A DNA stretch of 51,355 bases from Callorhinchus milii. Taxonomy: Eukaryota. The stretch covers positions 1 through 51,355 of the forward strand of contig NW_024705368.1 in the NCBI RefSeq assembly GCF_018977255.1, read 5' to 3'. The position numbers were made by a program, and so were the translations under genes. The notes beneath the pieces are model-generated. The model ran no database searches. It saw only the letters and a program-made list of their open reading frames with translations, and was not told the DNA's origin. Shown here in pieces: positions 27,201 through 38,369 of this stretch; the stretch's first letter is position 1, and each line of letters starts with the position of its first letter.

Positions 27201-28465
27201 AATCAACCGAGCTGCCAAAACTATAGGGGCATACCGATGGCTTCCACGAAACTTTATTTCAGTCCGTCTCGCTCGGCGAGGGATCGTGAGCTTAGTAGTA
27301 TCATGATATGCGACCGGCTCTTAACGGAATTCTCCTAGTCATTTCATCCGACTGGACATTCAGGTTTTTCAGTGACAATCTTACGGAGAGGCCCCACCTG
27401 CGATCAGGATGCGAAACCGAAAACCGTCCCTCTCCAGTGAGGTTGTCAGGACCGAGTGGCTATTTAACGGGAGCTTATTATACTAATGGAGTTCTAATAC
27501 CACATTTAATGAACCATGGGAGTGATTGATGCAATTCGGGGCTTTACTTCGTAGAAACCCTAGCTTAGATGACAAGCCTCCGTTCTAACGACCGTTTTTG
27601 AATCTTGATAATGGGAGCGAATGGACTGCGTTGGTCGTCCCACCGCAGAGGAGCCCTCCGGGCGGTTGGTAACCTATAGGTGAGCGATGGCTACTTGGTG
27701 TCTCTTTTGCGTGAAGCGCCTCTCGCAGGTCCTGAAGTATTGAGCGTAAGGCGTTTGTCCAAGTCTGAGAGGTTCCAACCCACAGGAGCGGCATCCCACA
27801 GCAATGGGTTTTGTGACACCTTACATGTGTTCTATGGACCGAGAAGCCGCGATTCCTTAAGTTGAAGTCAAATACTGCTCCCAAAGGCAGACTAGTCTCT
27901 GGAAGACTTTACCCTGGCGGTACGACATGATTTGGGAATATTCTGCTGAAACATTACCCTACAGGTGCCGGAGGCGTAGACGAGGTGTGCTCAACCCAAC
28001 AGGTTTTCGAAGGTATTTCAACGGGAGCGCCAATATCATAGAAGTACAATCCGAGCAAACCTGCTAATTTAACCAATGCGCCTCGTGCTGGTTGCGAGTA
28101 ACTTTGTAGCCCATTTGACTAGCGACTGGGACAGGATGCCACGGGCTGGGCACTGATATGCGTTCTTTATATCAAACAGTAGTGGACTAAGGTAGTTTTG
28201 TTTGATCCGTTGGGCCGGCTTAGGAGGGTCAACCATTATGGGTACATATGCATCATTGTGCGACAAGGGACGCATAACAAAAGGGGTCAGTCTACCTCGG
28301 CACCCACTGGTACGTGCCATCTGTGTTGAGTAGCTTAACTTACCTGTATGCAGGATATGCAATCATAGCTTAATGAGTTAGACTTGCGCCTCCCAATTTG
28401 GATCACGTATTAGATTTCGCCCGGTAGTGCGTATGTAATGTGGCGCTGCACTCTGATGTTATAGG
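9252..28465. other. Featureless random-like block, probably shuffled, synthetic or artefactual
   Basis: Even base use and frequent TA and CG dinucleotides by eye. No microsatellites, long homopolymers or any of the SINE/PLE families that recur in both flanks. The longest ORF in the track is 110 aa with no recognisable domain. The right boundary is approximate. Confidence 0.8.
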
Positions 28466-28519
28466 AGAAAACATTTATTAAAAAGTCTATTTAATTAAGT
28501 AGAACGTGTTGTCTATATT

Positions 28520-28641
28520 TATTTAAAGTCGCGCATTTTTACGTAACGTCACATTTCTCAACCCCCCACCCTCCCGTCGTCACACATCGTCACAAATGTC
28601 TGACTGCCCCATAGGTGCGTGACGTAATTTATGGAGGGCTC
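28520..28641 (-). mobile_element. Possible single end of a DNA transposon/MITE
   Basis: The minus strand starts GAGCCCTCCATAAATTACGTCACGC, with repeated GTGACG subterminal motifs. This resembles 'GGGCCATCCATAAATTACGT'-type TIR ends from recall; superfamily not determined and no partner end seen. Confidence 0.35.
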
Positions 28642-29269
28642 ATTTGTTCAAGAGTTAAATGCGAATGTTGAGGTCTGCTCGCCGCTATGAGATAGGAGCT
28701 TCAGGAGAGACTTTTGACTTTTAAACAACTTTTATTGCCGCCAGCAGCAAAAGCACTGGAGGCGATTTCGATATGAAATACACAAAGTCACCAGCAAACA
28801 AATGAAAATAATCGCTACAAATCCACGCGCTGTGGCGCTAAAAGCACCGCGCACGACACGAAAGAAAAGTCACGTGGTGGTGGTGGTCAGGAAAGAGATT
28901 GTGGTGTGTCGCTACTCTGTTGATTATGTCCCATAGTTTGGGGCTTGCATGGTCACAATCGCACTGTGGCTTGTCTTTAATTTTCCAATTATTGAAGGCA
29001 ACGTGTGCGTCGCCTTGTTGATGCGCTGACGCAATTGTTGATGAGTATTTTAGGAATTCCAAAAGAGGGAGGTGCGATGTTTTTGATTGGCTCCCGAATG
29101 AGCTGGGTTTTTTTTTCTGAACGTCCGTATTGTTCCACTCTGTTCACCAGCGTTCTGCCGAAATGTGGGTGCGATTCTGGTATGGTGACAACGCGATCCT
29201 AGAAGGGGGATCCGGGCTTGCGTTGGCAGCGACGAACATTGTTGATGTCTTGGTTGACGATGGTAGGTG

Positions 29270-29490
29270 TCTAGATTTGAAGCTTTCGTGACTGCAATGA
29301 TTCATATTCTTAGGTTTTTTCGGTAAAGTCACGTAGGTAAAAAACATTAAAAATAAAAATAAAATAAAAATCACAACGTTTCGAAGACGGAAGCTGTGTT
29401 GCCTCCGAAACGTCGGATTTTTATTTAATTTTACTTTTTAATATTTTTACCTACGTGACTTTACCGAAAAAATCTAAGAATATGAAGATG
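29270..29490. mobile_element. Fold-back PLE remnant with a 5'-truncated hammerhead
   Basis: Inverted arms ~29301-29381 and ~29406-29486. Centre reads GAAGA C GGAAGC TGTGTT GCCTCC GAAACGTC. Flanking direct repeat GGTAGGTG (29262-29269, 29491-29498). Confidence 0.75.
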
Positions 29491-30903
29491 GGTAGGTGGT
29501 TGTTGTCATGAACAATTTGTAAACTCCTCTACAGCATGCATGCCTCTGCGGTTATTTGGTGGCAGAATGTTCACCACATCAGGGAGCTTGTTTTCACGGG
29601 CTGGGATGTAACCGAGGGAGAATCTGCAGCTAACCAGGACAGCTTCCCCCCTGCGCCGAGGTGTCACTCTCACACAACCCCCTGGGGTAATAAACCCATG
29701 TCATCATGCTCCACGGTACAGCGAGTCTGAAGCCACATCCTCGCAGCAAGCGCAAGCGAGGAGACTCGCAAACAGAGGTCGCCTCCGCGACGTGCCTTGT
29801 GTTTTTTATTTGTTTGTTTGATTGTCTTGGGCTTGGCAGTTTCCCTCTGCAAGTGGTGGCGGCGTGGTGGGGGATGGTCGCAGAGAGGTGGGAGGTGGCG
29901 GCGAGGCAGGGCGGGTGCCAGGGATGTCTGTGGAGGCAGCAGGATGGTTTGGACGCTTGTTTTTCTTAGCTCGGGTCACAGCAGTGTCTGGCGCGCCGCG
30001 CATTGCACGAGAGGCAACAGGAGGAACCCAGGCCAAGCCAAGGGTTAGACAATATTTTCCTAGCGGAGCGGTGAGTAACTGGGGTGGGAGGATGCCACGT
30101 CTTCAGGCATCGCAGCTCGGCTTCCCTCCCCCGTGTCCTGGCCAGCCCCTTCTTAGCCGGTAGTAAATCCCCGTCGTATAAGTGGTTGTCTTTGAAGTGA
30201 AATGGTCATGCGCCAGTGAAGTATAGCTTGCAGTGAGTGCACTGTTGCATCTTAAATTCGCAAGCGCTTGCGCACGACTGAGCCCCATCACGAGACAAAG
30301 CAAATACAATGCTTTTTTGTTGGCTTTCATGTACATTGTTTATCGTTCGAGTGTGCGTGTGTGTGTGTCTATCGTACATGATATAAAATCTAGTCTAATT
30401 TTAGTAGTTATTGTGACAAATACAGTCCTTTTTGCTCACCCCTGCACACAATGTGAATGTGCGGTGCTCAACTCGTCTGTTTTCAGGACGGGGTGATGCT
30501 GCCGATGTTTCCACGCGCTGGGAGCGCAACTTGGGTCAGTCGGCGCAACGGTGCAACGACAAAACCCAGAGCACAGCCGCGGACGCCAACGGAGCGTCGT
30601 CCTTCGCGTCATTGGCGATTCTGAGTCAGTTGCCGAATAACAAAAAAATCCATGTTGCTATGGCGGGGACCTGTTCTCACCAAATTGAACAACCGTGGTT
30701 AATTACTTTCCACAAAGCTGCTAAGCATTATTAGGTGGCGCTCATTTTTTGTTTTCGATAATTATTGGTGACTGTACCGGTCATGCAGGATAGTGGTGGC
30801 GGTGGTAATGTTTGTGGAGGTGACAATGATGACAATGATGACACTGGTTTAAAATTCAGGATTTTACTACTGGGATCTCGGTCGCTGTACCAATGAAAGT
30901 ATA

Positions 30904-31207
30904 GGGGCACCGCGGTAGCGAGATGCTAACTACCATCACCTGGTATGGAGGAGGTTGTGGGTTCGATCTCGACCCTGACGCCTTTATATTTGGAGTTTGC
31001 ATGTTTGTTCGGCCTGTGGTTGCATGGATTTTCTCTGGGTCCTCGGGGTTTTCCCTCCACATTTAGATACAAGCGTTTCGAGTGTTTGGCTGCTGTAAAT
31101 TTCCACACGATAAGCCACTTTGTTGAGCTGTCATTTGTGGCCAGATCGCTTCTGAAAAGAGCTGTATAGTTCAATGGGCCTTACCTGGTAAAAAAAATAT
31201 ATAAAAA
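30904..31207 (+). mobile_element. Full-length tRNA-derived V-SINE-like element
   Basis: B box GGTTCGATCTC, V-domain-like core TTGGAGTTTGCATGTT...GGATTTTCTCTGGGTCCTCGGGGTTTTCCCTCCACA, and tail GGGCCTTACCTGGTAAAA plus A-rich end. Three near-full copies in the window. Confidence 0.8.
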
Positions 31208-31691
31208 TAGTATATGACATTGTGTTAGAAACATGTAAAAGCTGACCCCTGCCATGCGAATTCGGAAATGTCTCATGACTGGCAAGGGATGTCAATGGGA
31301 ATGATGAGCACAGTCCTGTATGAGCATGAAGAAACGTTAATGTTGGACCTCATCCTCTATGTCAATGAGGGTTATGGGATTAAACAGTTACTCGGCGTGT
31401 ATTAGATTGCTGTTTACAATGCCTTTTACATTCATTTGGCACATCGCTTGTTCAGCTTGGGGTTGCAATTCAATCTTCCCCAGCGTCTTTGTAAAAAGTC
31501 CGTAATCGAGCGTACGCGTGGATGATACATTGCAATAAAATGTAATGTACTTTTCAGATGTTGACGAGCGATTTAACATACTTTCTGGCACCAAAAAAAG
31601 ATGAACGTAAAAAGAATATTAGTAGTAGTTTCATTTTATGAGGAAAAAAAATCATCAAACAATCTAACGACTTTAAACGTAGGGTTTTTTG

Positions 31692-32080
31692 GAGCCAGTG
31701 CAATGATCCGTATTTGTTTTTTAGCTGGGCCACGTGGTGTAGTTTTATACCAGAATTAATTTCATCACCCCTCCACCACCCGACGAGATTTCCACCGTCT
31801 CCAAGATTTTAGTTTACGAGCCTAAAGCAAACATGGCTCAATCCAAAGAAGGTTCCGTTTTATGTTGTGTCAAATTACTATTTTATTTGGTTAAACGATA
31901 TGTTTAATGAGGATATGTAATTTGAAGTGTTTTGAATTTGTTTGCACATTTATTGGGACTCTTTTTAGCCCCTGATTCATCTCCGATCTATAAAAAAAAC
32001 TAATTTGTTAAAAGTAAGTAACCATGATCGTGTATGGATAGAATGGTCCCTGCCGTCAGAAATCCGATTTCCACTGGTTC
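31692..32080. mobile_element. Possible non-autonomous DNA transposon remnant
   Basis: Imperfect inverted ends: GAGCCAGTGCAATGATCCGTATTTG versus the reverse complement of the right end, GAACCAGTGGAAATCGGATTTCTG. No TSD established. Confidence 0.3.
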
Positions 32081-34633
32081 AGTGCTTGCAACTGATGAGA
32101 ACGTGTACTCCCCGATGCTCGTTAGGGCATGACTACACTTTTAATTAACTTTCCCCTTCCCGGAAAAGTGTGGCCACGTGATTGGCAATCGATTCTAATC
32201 GGTCGTTCTAGAACCGCGCTGACTAGAAAATTGATTTCGCGTCCTCAGCGTGGCTGCGGCGCTCCACTAAACAGGAGTGGCTCCCTGACCCGAAAGACTT
32301 CATCATTGTCCACAATTAAGTGATTTTGGAATCGCTCTGGCTTATCTCGCCTCGCTGCTGATTGCCCTGTCTGCATGGGGCTTATTTGTGTTGCACCGTG
32401 GCAAGCGGCCTGCTGTTTGTTTTCGCTCCTCTATCAAAGTGTCAGCGAGTTGTTTACTTAAGAGTCGGGTCGCAATTTTCCTCAGCACGTCTTGGTGTTT
32501 GTGACGACTGCTCCTCATCCCAAGCAGCGGTTAAAGTGGCCCTTTAGGATGGCGCGCGGAGGAGCAGATAACGTGCGCGGCACGCTGGGGGGTTGGGGTG
32601 GAGGCGATGGGAGGGAAATGGGCGATCTGCGTCGACGATAATGTTGTTGTATGGGGTGGGGGTGGGACAGCCTCTGCTGTGTCGAGTGGCTCCTGCCTGT
32701 GATGTGGACACCACTCCCTTGTGTTTGGAGCTGTTGACACTGTGTAACCAAAAAGTCGAAACTTTCTCAAAACCTCCTCCGCCGCTATCGCCACCCGCCG
32801 CTTCGAGCTCAGTCCAACGCGGCACCGAGTCGCCGAAATGGAACATTTTGCGGCGTGATGAGTTGCAGACATGAATACTAATGCAAAAACATCGGCCCCT
32901 CCAAATACATTTAACTCTAATTAGAATATTTATAGGTCCCTGATGTAGGTGTGTGTGTGGTGTGTGTTATTTCCACCACTGGCCTTGGGACCACCAACAG
33001 AGCTGAGATCTGTGCCATGCGTTTTTTGACCAGGAGACACTTTGGAATATTTTATACAGAGTGCAGTGGTTTTATAGTGGAATTTCAGAGACGGTGCAGT
33101 CCATACAAACAATGTGGACCCTGACGATGTAAAATTTCCACCGTTGTAGTTCACAATGCCCAATAGAAAGAGCACCAATTCAATATCCGTTTTCATCGAG
33201 GAGAATGATTAAACATTTGGTAACCTGTACAGAGCTTTCACGCAGCTGTAAAGTAGCGCAATAACCACGGACACCGTTGTGGAGGATGAAACAAAGTAGA
33301 TAATACGTCTCATCCATGAATCCGTCTATCCACAAATAAAAGTATTGTTTTTTACAAACCGTCAGCCCTACAACCTTGGGGGAGGGCATCATTCCTGCAG
33401 CAGCAATGCGTTGGTAGCAGCAACCTGTGGACCAGCTTTAACGTGCAGTGCCAGATGTTACATAGCCAATGCCCCCCGCTCTTTCAGATATGGGTCAGAG
33501 TTCAACGCAAGCGATTGGGATTTGTATTATATCACTTTGCGTTGAACTAGGACCCATATGTTGAAGAGAGGGTCCTTCCATTTAACACATTCTACGCAAC
33601 CCACTGTCGTGAGTCTGAAGGGTTGTGTAAAAGTATATGTTTGTATTGTTTTATATATAGAGAGATGTATGAAGATGCATTATTATTTATATATGCAAGA
33701 TTTAAAAGTATTTGTTTTAAAAGCACAGACGGATTACACCAAATTGCATCTGTCGGGAATCAAGTTAGTTTTAAGTCTGCAAGAGTGTAAACAAACGAGG
33801 GATGATGGTGCGTACATTTTTATTTGGCCGACATGTTTAAGGTGGGCCTCAACGTGAAGCATTGCCGTGAAGATACATTTTACCTGTAAACCATGGGAGG
33901 GGATTCACGATTGCCCTGCATAACATGTAGTACCAGAAATAAAAATCACAGTCGGTGAAGAAGCCTTACAGGGTGTTGTGGGATTTAATGACAAAATGTG
34001 CCACTTGTACGAGGGGGGCTGAAGACAAACAAAGGGGGTTGTGGGATTACAGCGCTCAGCTTTGAACAGCGTCGTCACATTTGGCATGCGGCACAGCTTT
34101 GTGTGTGTGTGTGTGGTAAACTTCTTCTCCACCATACGCAGCCAACTGCGTTAATCGGAGGTGCAGGGGAAGGACAACGAACTAAACGCAAAAAAAAAGT
34201 TTTAAAGGAATGAGTTTTAAATCTCGATTTAAAAGCGCGAAGCTCCAGTGACTCCGTAACACAGTTTTTATTCTCCTTCATGCCTTTTCTAAAATTACCT
34301 TTTTATTTTTCCATGTTGAGTATTTCACATTTTTAAAAGTTCGGATTTAAAGCCACGCCAATTAGTCGAACCTCCACTCGCACATCTGCTCATTGCAAAG
34401 CCCAATCATCGGCAATCGTTTTGTTTTACAGCAGCTCTTGTTGTAGAGTATATCCATTGAGTTGTGTTATTCTCCTCTTGTGGTGGATGGAGAACAGTGG
34501 CAATTACAACTTTTTTTTGTGACCTAAAGTAAACACATTATCAGTGTTGTGTGTTAACAGTTAGAGCCTCGGTGTGTCCCTATTCCCCCATGCATGCATG
34601 CACGTGCTTTCTACTACTGCACAATAACCATTT

Positions 34634-34675
34634 ACATGCCACCACCACCACTCACGCGTGGTGGTGGTGGCATGT
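34634..34675. repeat. Perfect 18-bp hairpin palindrome
   Basis: ACATGCCACCACCACCAC (34634-34651), 6-nt loop, GTGGTGGTGGTGGCATGT (34658-34675). Confidence 0.9.
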
Positions 34676-34815
34676 GTAATGGGTTCCATTGAGGCGCAGA
34701 CTCAACTTGGAGGCAACACTATTTCTTAACATGTAACAACCAACTTGAACACAATACATAAGATGGTGACCACCGCTCCTAAATTTAACTAACACTCAGA
34801 TGAAATACTACATAG

Positions 34816-35179
34816 TGTGACCAGGGCGGGTTAACAGGCTGCCTGGTCACGGACGAAGATGGAGACTCGACGACCGCTGGTGGCGTCTTCATCCCGGGGT
34901 CAAACATCCCAGCTCTCCATTCACACCCCGCTTATAACTGCCGTGGCGGGGCCGGCCCCGCCCTCGGCCACGCCCCCCTTCCCGATCCTTCGGGAAGGTA
35001 CGGGCCCCTTACCACGTGACCACCAAGTTCCCCCCTGGGGCCCCTAGCCCCCCTTTGTCCGGTCACGTGTCCTGTCGGGTTCACGCAGTGTCACCCGTAC
35101 AGAGCCAACACAGTAGTGACGTCATATGTCACTACGTTCGTACAGTCTCGACACAGCAGTGACGTCATATGTCACTACA
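34816..35179 (-). mobile_element. Probable solo LTR (gypsy-like)
   Basis: GC-rich island with TGT...ACA termini. On the minus strand, duplicated TGACGTCA-containing repeats are followed by GC boxes and then TTATAA, a U3-like order. No clean TSD found. Confidence 0.5.
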
Positions 35180-35188
35180 CATGTATAT

Positions 35189-35398
35189 CATACTTGCCAA
35201 CCCTCGCGCATTAAGCGGTAGCTGCTGATTTCCCTTCTAAAGCCTTTTTACTGCACACCACTTTTCAAAGCTACATGTACGGCTTTCTGAAAAATATACT
35301 AAGAACAAAAATGCCACCTCTCTTTTTCAAATCGGTATGTAGAAAAAAAAATTAAAATCAGTAGCCAAGCTGTTAGATTGGCGGAACTGGCAAGTTTG
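35189..35398. mobile_element. Possible MITE (hAT-like termini)
   Basis: Imperfect TIRs CATACTTGCCA / TGGCAAGTTTG plus internal inverted GCTGCTGATTT / AAATCAGTAGC. No TSD. Confidence 0.4.
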
Positions 35399-35818
35399 GA
35401 CAATTGGAGCCCAGGCAGCCCCCCCCCTACCCCCATCAAAAAGAGGGCTCCTCCCTTTACCAGATAATGCATCGGTATCCAGTCACCCATTGAGAAGTCC
35501 ACAGCCCTAAGTGAAAACTGTCTATGGGCTTCATTAGTCGAGCAGCCAGCCTATGAAGCTGTAAGCTCTTAAATAGTTTCCGCTTCTGCTCAAGCTAATG
35601 GCAAGCCAATAGGATGCCCTCATTATGGTGGGTAAGTATTGAGTCGCTTGTCTTATGTTGGTTGAATGCAATAAATTAATTGCCACTGTTCTCCATCCAC
35701 CAAGCGATGAAGGCCATGTTTGTCATGTGTGCATTTTCTTACCATACTTCACCAGCATGGTCAGTGCATGTTTGCCGAAGAGGGAGGGGGGGGGGGAATG
35801 CCCAAGACTGGTTTAGAT

Positions 35819-35929
35819 ATCACTTGTCGCTGATGATGTGAGCCGTCGCCTCGATTAAAACTCAACATAATTTGCTGCTGATGATGTTAGCCGTGGCCTA
35901 GATTGAAACTCAACATCACTTGCCGCTGA
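35819..35929 (+). repeat. 48-bp tandem repeat, 2.3 copies, containing CTGATGA...(G/A)AAAC
   Basis: Units at 35819-35866, 35867-35914 and a partial unit at 35915-35929. Confidence 0.85.
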
Positions 35930-36610
35930 GTATATATGGTAGCAGTAGTGGCACTGTTTGAAAAACGTGGGGGGCAGTGCTTGCCTTAATTTGTTTTCTA
36001 GCGCCTATAGTGGAAAAGCCAAATTCTTATGGAAGCAACCGGTGGCCACCGTAGGACAATAACAGGCAGTTTTCTCAAAGATGGTACTCATTGTACTCAC
36101 TCCGGAGGAGACCCCTGATCCGAATTGTCATTAGGTGGCATTTCCAAATCGATTTTCAGCCATCGCATCACAAAGGCATTTGGACAGGGTGATTCATTTA
36201 CAGATACCCCGCTAAAATAATAAAAGAGGAAAATAACGTCTTATTGCAATACCTCTTCATGTAACCCCCCACACCCCAATCTCCTTACACATTAAATATT
36301 TTAACACCTCTCCTTTGCAAGATACGAAGCTATTAGTTTCGCACTGTTCAATCGCCCGCTGAGATTAAGCAGAGCGGTCATTAGAAATTGGTGAGGTATC
36401 TATAGATGGATCACTGTACATAATTTGCTGCATTTATAATGTGCAGCAAGGTCGTTATCCTGTGATGCCAGTTCGAGTGAACGCTAGCCAACCTGCAGAA
36501 TAAGCATCTCCCTTTGGGACAAACGAATATCATGGGGAATGCTGTCCTCCTCGACTTCAGAGGTGTTAGCCGTGGTGTTCACATCACAGCAGCTTCGTAT
36601 TGGGCAGTTG

Positions 36611-37016
36611 CAAGGGTGGCACAATCGGGTTTTTTTACAATCGGGTTTAATCGTCTTTTATATTAAACCCGATCATCTGAAATTGGGAGAAATGCGGTTT
36701 AATTGGTTCTAATTGCAGAACCTCACTTCTCAACGATGGGCTTCATCCATTCCAAGCTAAGGAACTCACTGGCGGTGCCCACGATTGTGGAGGAGAAGCT
36801 CGTGTTCATCAAGACCAACCTGCCCGCCGCATTCTACGACTACCCCGTGCCCGACGGCCCCCCGAGTACGATAGCAGCACCGACGAGGAAGCAGCCGAAG
36901 CCCATCAGAGTTTCGTATTCATTAAACCAGGTTTTAAATCCCCAAAACGGGTTTAATTGTATTAAAGAAAAAACCCGATGCCTGCCGCTGGAAAAATCGG
37001 GTTTTTTCCACCGATG
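36611..37016 (+). mobile_element. Internally deleted hAT DNA transposon retaining the transposase C-terminal dimerisation fragment
   Basis: 8-bp TSD GGCAGTTG (36603-36610, 37017-37024). Imperfect TIRs CAAGGGTGGCACAA / CATCGGTGGAAAAA and ATCGGGTTT subterminal repeats at both ends. The peptide FSTMGFIHSKLRNSL...EKLVFIKTNL is typical of the hAT dimerisation domain. Confidence 0.85.
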
Positions 37017-38369
37017 GGCAGTTGTAGCGGCGCCAGCATTGGGAAGTGAACGCACTCCCTTTTCCAATAGTTTCCTTGAGGTCGTGGGCAACGGTGAATG
37101 GGCTCCTCGGTGCTGGGTGTTGCTGCTCGCTCCACGCACTGACACCACGCTGGGATACCACCAATTAAACGAATGGCTTACTCAGCCTCTGTCAACATCA
37201 AGACGTCACCGTGGCCAAGTCATTGATGCTGCCATGTCTTGCCAGCGCGTCCTACATCGTGCCAGATCCTGCTGCTGCTGCACAGTAGAAGATGGTGCGC
37301 GACCTCCAAGATCTGCCTGAGCAGTATCTCGCACGTGGTCTGCCGCTTGGTCACCAGAGTCGTGGAGACCATTCCAAGGCTTGGCTCGGTAACTGGTCCT
37401 CCTCCATTCTGCACACTTGTGCGACCTTTCATCTACATTACAGCGGTCGCCAACCGGCGTCTCCCGAGCCTCATGAGGCTCTTTAATCCACCACATGCTG
37501 CTCTATCGAAGGGGCATAACGTAGAACATACTCTCAAAGTCGCAATAAATCATGAATTTAAGTTGTATGATGTAATATTATAAAAACTTGGCTCTGATAC
37601 AGGTTGGCCACCCCTGATCTACAACAATTGCCTGCCATGGTTTCAGGTGCGGATTTATATATTCGTGCAAAAAATAATAAAATTGCGTTTAAGTGAATGA
37701 ATCCACGAAAATAATAACTTGAAAGAGAGACTCCACGCGCAGTTCAGTATTGGGCAGGGCTAAACTCACGTTGCCATATCTGAGTCGGTGTTGGAAATTC
37801 CATATTCTTATGACAGGTGCAATTTTCCCCACAGTACAACCACTTTTCACTTCCACCATCTTGGCACTGTTTTACTACCTTGTATTATTTATGAGCTTTA
37901 TAATTGTGAACTGAGAGGTCTGACCACGTTTACATTCAGTCGGATATCGATTTAGATATGTTATATGAATTATACATTTTTTTAACACCAGTGTTCACCT
38001 ATAACACGTCATATCATAAAGAGAGGTGGAGGAACAGAACAATTAAGAGAAAATAAGGACCTCAAAAAAGCGATAACAGAACCACATGGTAAACATCGAT
38101 ATTAACGATCAATTAACCACATTTGCTTGGAAACTCAATGGCTGTGTTGGGGGGCAACACTGCGAAGAGTCGGTCATTAAACCACAGTCTGAAGTGTTGT
38201 GGTTATGGTCTCAGCCCGGTTACCAATGACTGCAAAATATAAGGTCGTGCAAAATGTTTTTTTCGGTGTAATTTCGCCTTTTTCTGGTGTGAAAGTTAAA
38301 TTGCATTCATATTGAATGAGCATAAAGCTTTTGTGAAGGCGATAAATAAAAAATATAATTAAAATCCAC

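Noticed and set aside
9252..28465. Idea that the block is an integrated virus, HGT island, CRISPR-like array or novel gene cluster
   Set aside because: No ORF above 110 aa and no repeat-spacer periodicity or terminal repeats seen. Isolated CTGATGA words and short tandem matches are expected by chance.
30904..30980. tRNA-like sequences here and at ~1840-1910, 39010, 41380-41440, 41990 and 47670
   Set aside because: These are A/B-box heads attached to SINE bodies with no intact cloverleaf, so not tRNA genes.
36703..37320. 205-aa ORF as a real gene
   Set aside because: Only ~35 aa are transposase-derived. The rest reads through the hAT terminus and flank.
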